DNA from: Tubiluchus corallicola
Lineage: Eukaryota; Animalia; Priapulida
Length of the DNA stretch: 40,129 nucleotides
Direction of reading: 5' to 3'
Assembly: GCA_030141605.1 (NCBI GenBank)
Contig: JAQGDQ010001458.1
Location: 1-40,129, forward strand
Shown here: positions 36,234 through 40,129 of the stretch, one piece after another
Numbering within the stretch: position 1 is the stretch's first letter
Layout: each line of letters begins with the position of its first letter
Translations under genes and position numbers: made by a program
Notes under the pieces: generated by a model
What the model saw: the letters and a program-made list of their open reading frames with translations, nothing else
Told to the model about the DNA's origin: nothing
Databases searched by the model: none

Positions 36234-36527
36234 GTGTTGAGACATAAAACGTATAGCTGTGCAAGTAAATTTATGATATTTCACGGCGTACACGAAGAAC
36301 TGTACAAGAAGAAATTTTGTGGCAACTTGTTAGTGTCAGTACTATTCAGTTATGGGGAAACCAAAATACGAATTGTGACTCACTTATGAGGCTAGGAAAA
36401 ACATGTATAAATTCAGCGAAGCAAAACGCTAATAAATTGAATATAATTAAAATTGAAAAATTGTGATTATTATTTTATCAAATCAGTTTTCATGTTTAGA
36501 AGTTAAACTGGTCAGAAATCATGCATG

Positions 36528-37081
36528 TAAAGGCTGTAAAGATAATAACGGTCATCCAGTATTGCCGAATTGTAACTGTGGATTTCGATTTGAGTCTGTT
36601 GAACACTTTTTGTTGCACTGCCCATTGTATCAACTAGCTAGGGTTCTTGTGTTTGATAAATTAAATGAAATACTTCTGCCCAAAAACCTTAATATAGCTG
36701 CCTTAGGAAATAATGATCTGTTGAAGTTGTTATTGTTCGGAAAAGATGAATTTAACTATGTTACTAACTGTAAAATATTCCAATGTATACATGACTTTAT
36801 TTTATGTACTAAACGCTTCCAGTAGTTTCTATCTGATATAAAATGCATCATTCTTAAATAATCGTACATTAATATTTACTAACCGTCATTTTCTACTAAT
36901 GTCTAATGTATCACTGTAGTAAAACTTTAGTATACTAAAGTATACTAAGAACTAAGTATAGTCTATTCTTACTGTAAATGTTCTTGTAAATAGTGTATAA
37001 AGTCTGTTGTGGTGAGGATCTTAAATCATGTTGTACAAACTGTCTGATCTAATCCTAAATAAATTATGTTTAAACTAAACT
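36528..37081 (+). mobile_element. 5'-truncated non-LTR retrotransposon (CR1/L2-group-like 3' end)
   Basis: C-terminal CNCG...ESVEHFLLHCPLY...R...LLLFG...IF...FILCTKRF zinc-knuckle motif; 3' UTR with AATAAA and (CTAAA)n tail; 12-bp TSD AAATCATGCATG (36516-36527, 37082-37093). Confidence 0.82.
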
Positions 37082-37172
37082 AAATCATGCATGCTAAAGA
37101 TGCTTGTCAGTATTGTTCCAAAACCCAACAGTGACAGAACAGCATAAAGTTGTTGATAATTACTATCTAACT

Positions 37173-37647
37173 CAGGGGTGTGCAAACTGCGGCCCGCCGA
37201 GAGAATTTGTGCGGCCCGCGAAGAGATTTGTCAACCTAATGAAAGTGCGGCCCGGGCGATTAATTGAGTGTATCCAGCTGAAGTCTGTGCCGCGATCCCA
37301 AAGATAGTGCAGGTAGTTTTTTCTACTAGATCGGATGGCATTAACCCTTACAAGATGGTTGTAGCTTAATAACACTGTACTACACAGACACATTACTAAT
37401 ATGCATTGTAATGAAATTACCACTATCTGTCCTGAAAGTAGAAATATATGGTTTGTAATATAAATTTTAATAACTTCTAAAATAGTTTCTTGAGTGTAGT
37501 AGTAATGATCTACGCAGGTCGGATGCAAAAAATATCGTTATTAGGCCTTTCTGTACTTGGCTCCTTGATCAAACTGCATGTGGTCCGCAGGAATTGCGGG
37601 AAAGTTTAATGTGGCCCGGCTAGTCAGATAATTTGCATACCCCCCTG
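37173..37647 (-). mobile_element. hAT-type MITE family A, copy 5
   Basis: Family A TIRs; perfect 8-bp TSD ATCTAACT. Confidence 0.92.
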
Positions 37648-37720
37648 ATCTAACTTAAACTGCAGCACCCCCATCAAAATAACACAAACATGAAGTGAAA
37701 GAAGAAAAGCGGATGCCTAC

Positions 37721-38218
37721 CCAAAAGCCTTTGCACCACGATTACGGATTCTTGCTCACGTGGTATGTGCTTCAAGATGTCGACCACATCGTGGTGATGA
37801 GCGGATCGCACGTCGATTCCGTTCACCTCCACTAATATGTCGCCCTCCACCAGGTCACGGCACCGCGAATGGTCCACAATCTTTTTCACTCGCTGTCCAT
37901 AGTGACTTTCGGCCAACGTGAAGCCAAAGCCCATGCCGCCTTTCTTGATCCTAGTCGACACGTACTCCACATTGGCTTCGTTCGGAAGGTTTCGTCCACC
38001 ACTGTTGGGTGGTGCAGGCGTCGGCGTGGTGTTGGACGCCACCGCCACGGTCGTAACGATTTCGGTGTTTGGGTCATTAGGATCGAACGGAAGAGGGTAA
38101 CCGCGGCACACTTCCAAGTAGACGTCCTGTCCAATGGGAATTTGCTGAAAGATGGCCACAACGTCCTGATGCGTGAACCCCAGGACGCAGTTCTTGTTTA
38201 CGTAAACCAACACGTCTC
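37721..38218 (-). CDS. Magi: Magi exon: C-half of one PDZ domain plus the whole next PDZ domain; upstream exons lie beyond the window
   Basis: attatag|GA...TTGG|gtaggc; GDVLVYVNKNCVLGFTHQDVVAIFQQIPIGQDVYLEVCRGYPLPFDPNDPNTEIVTT (MAGI PDZ1 signature CRGYPLPFDP.DPNT) and KGGMGFGFTLAES..GQRVKKIVD..RC..L.EGD. Confidence 0.96.
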
Positions 38219-38596
38219 CTATAATGTAATACAAAAACCATTATAAATCAAAAACTCAGTTTTTCAACTCATATTTATTCATTTCGGACATAGCAGGTTG
38301 TGGGTAATGATGCTGCGATGCTGTTGACAGAATTCACACATATATCATATCAATACAGAATGCAGGCATTAGTAACTTAAATCTTTCAGAAACAACACTT
38401 GCACAAAACCAGCAAGAAAATCAGCAGACTGTTTTGTTTATAGTTTATACCACTGTAATTTATACAGTTGTTTATACCTTATCTACATACATACATTACA
38501 TACATGTTTATCCACTTGTGCTAGCTACAAGCGGAAAATTAATTTTTTTTCTTCCTTTGGCTCTAGGTCCTCATTATATTAATTTTAAATACGTAA

Positions 38597-39399
38597 TCTA
38601 CTATTATATTAATATTCTTGGTATCTTAATATATATATATATAAGATTCGAGGCTACAGCTTCGACGAGGGCACCATTTGCGGCGATCTATATATCAAAC
38701 GAAAGGTCTCGATCTAGTGTCGTGCCATTGATGGTTTATTTTTCGAATCGGGCCCACCGGGAGGAGGGGGAGGCGAAAAACCCCCAAAAATGACCCTTTT
38801 TCGGCCGTTTTTTGTAAAAGTTATACGGCTGAGATGTAGAGAACGGGAACGGGCCGAGGGGGTGCTGGGTATGGATAGATAGCCCGTTCAGCGGTAGGTG
38901 TAGTAGGCATATTTAGAATTCCCGAGAGGGCCGCGGCGCCCCGCAACGGGCGTTTTCCCGGACCCAACTCGCGATTTTTTCGAAATTTTGACCAAACAGC
39001 ATGCGGGAAAAACGTTCTAGCGGCGCCTGGTGGGACTCTCGGAAGGAGATATATAGCTCTTTACAAAGAGGAAGGACAGGGCTACACGATGATGTGGGAT
39101 ATATTTTAGGGCAGGTCCACCGAGAGGAGTATCAACGAGTTAGTTAGGAGTTCTATTTTCGGCAATTTTCACTTAGAAAACTGCTGACGCAAAGGCATTG
39201 TTGTGACGTCATCCATTGTACTCTGTCTATAATCTTATAACTTTAATTGAGCAAAAAGCTACAGGCTTTGCGTTAGTTAAACAAACAGTAGGCACGATGT
39301 TACGGGCTTTGTGTTATAAATGTGGACTAGGTAGGATGTTCGCGTATTATTGATTACACGTGTATTTATACGCAAAATCTTTTGCTGGGCCTTTGCTAT
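38597..39399 (+). mobile_element. Helitron-like element, copy 4 (longest)
   Basis: a|TCTAC.. start; 3' GCAAAA-TC-TTTTGC hairpin then GGGCCTTTGCTA. Confidence 0.75.
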
Positions 39400-39539
39400 T
39401 TATTATATTATAGCACATAGTTTCAACTTTGTGAAAAATGTTTGGAATGGTTTTGTTGTAATGCTGTGCTGTTGGTGCTTGTGCTATAGGTGTCGTCATC
39501 GTTGCCACCATCATCATCATCAACATCATGATCACCACG

Positions 39540-40115
39540 TGAGGTGGTGGATTTGATGTGGTGTGGTGGTGGTGTGCTTTGTGTGTTGTGCTATGGGTGG
39601 TGTGGTGGGGTGATAGGGTGTGTGGGGTGTGGTGTGGGTAGTGTGGTATGGAGTGGGTGGCGTGGTGTGTGGGTGGGTGTTGTGGTGCGGTGTGGTGTTA
39701 TGGTGTGGTGCAGTGCGGTGTGATGTGGTGGAGTATTATGGTGTGGGTGGTGCGGTGTGGTGTGTGGGTGGTGCGGTGTGGTGTGGTGCAGTGGTATGGT
39801 GTGGTGCAGTGTGGTGTGATGTGGTGGAGTCGTATGTTGTGGTTGGTGTGGTGTGGTATGTGGGTCGTGCGGTGTGCTGCAGTGGTATGTTGTGGTGCGG
39901 TGGGGTGTGATGTGGTGGAGTGGTATGGTGTGGGTGGTGTGGTGTGTAGGTGGGTGGGTGGTGTGGTGCAGTGTGGTGTTATGGTGTGGTGCTGTGCAGT
40001 GTGATGTGGTGGAGTATTATGGTGTGGGTGGTGTGTTGTGGTGTGTGGGTGGTGCGGTGCAGTGGTATGGTGTGGTGCAGTGTGGTGTGATGTGGTGGAG
40101 TCGTATGGTGTGTGC
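39540..40115. repeat. (GTG/GTGGT)n degenerate low-complexity repeat
   Basis: Direct; explains the V/W/C/G-rich and H/T/P-rich ORFs. Confidence 0.93.
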
Positions 40116-40129
40116 ATTTATTGCAGGCG

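Overview
AT-rich, repeat-dense genomic DNA from an animal, most likely a protostome invertebrate (inferred from the ionotropic-receptor gene and invertebrate-type 5S heads). There are no prokaryotic features or CRISPR arrays. I reconstructed three protein-coding genes by hand from GT-AG splice sites and reading-frame phase. (1) The 3' part of a Magi (multi-PDZ scaffold) gene on the minus strand: 13 coding exons from 38218 to the stop at 10686, 2777 nt with consistent phases, encoding the end of one PDZ domain plus four more. Its 5' part lies beyond the window. (2) An intronless divergent ionotropic receptor (IR/iGluR-like, 32523-33959, +) nested antisense in a Magi intron, between two small frame-coupled Magi exons. 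(3) The 5' part of a rhodanese-domain (TSTD/Hsp67B2-like) gene on the minus strand (exons 5364-5298, 4491-4369, 1346-1181) whose active-site Cys position holds Gly. The rest is mostly non-autonomous mobile elements and tandem repeats: three 5S-rRNA-headed SINEs with an RTE-like body and tail, two tRNA-headed SINEs, several hAT-, piggyBac- and Tc1/mariner-type MITEs (some nested), four Helitron-like elements, a truncated LINE with TSD, a 135-bp satellite, a 42-bp minisatellite and microsatellites. Most short ORFs in the supplied track are repeat artefacts. I cannot show a wholly new biological system. The best candidates for novelty are the 5S-RTE SINE family, the nested IR with its coupled Magi exons, and the putative pseudo-rhodanese.
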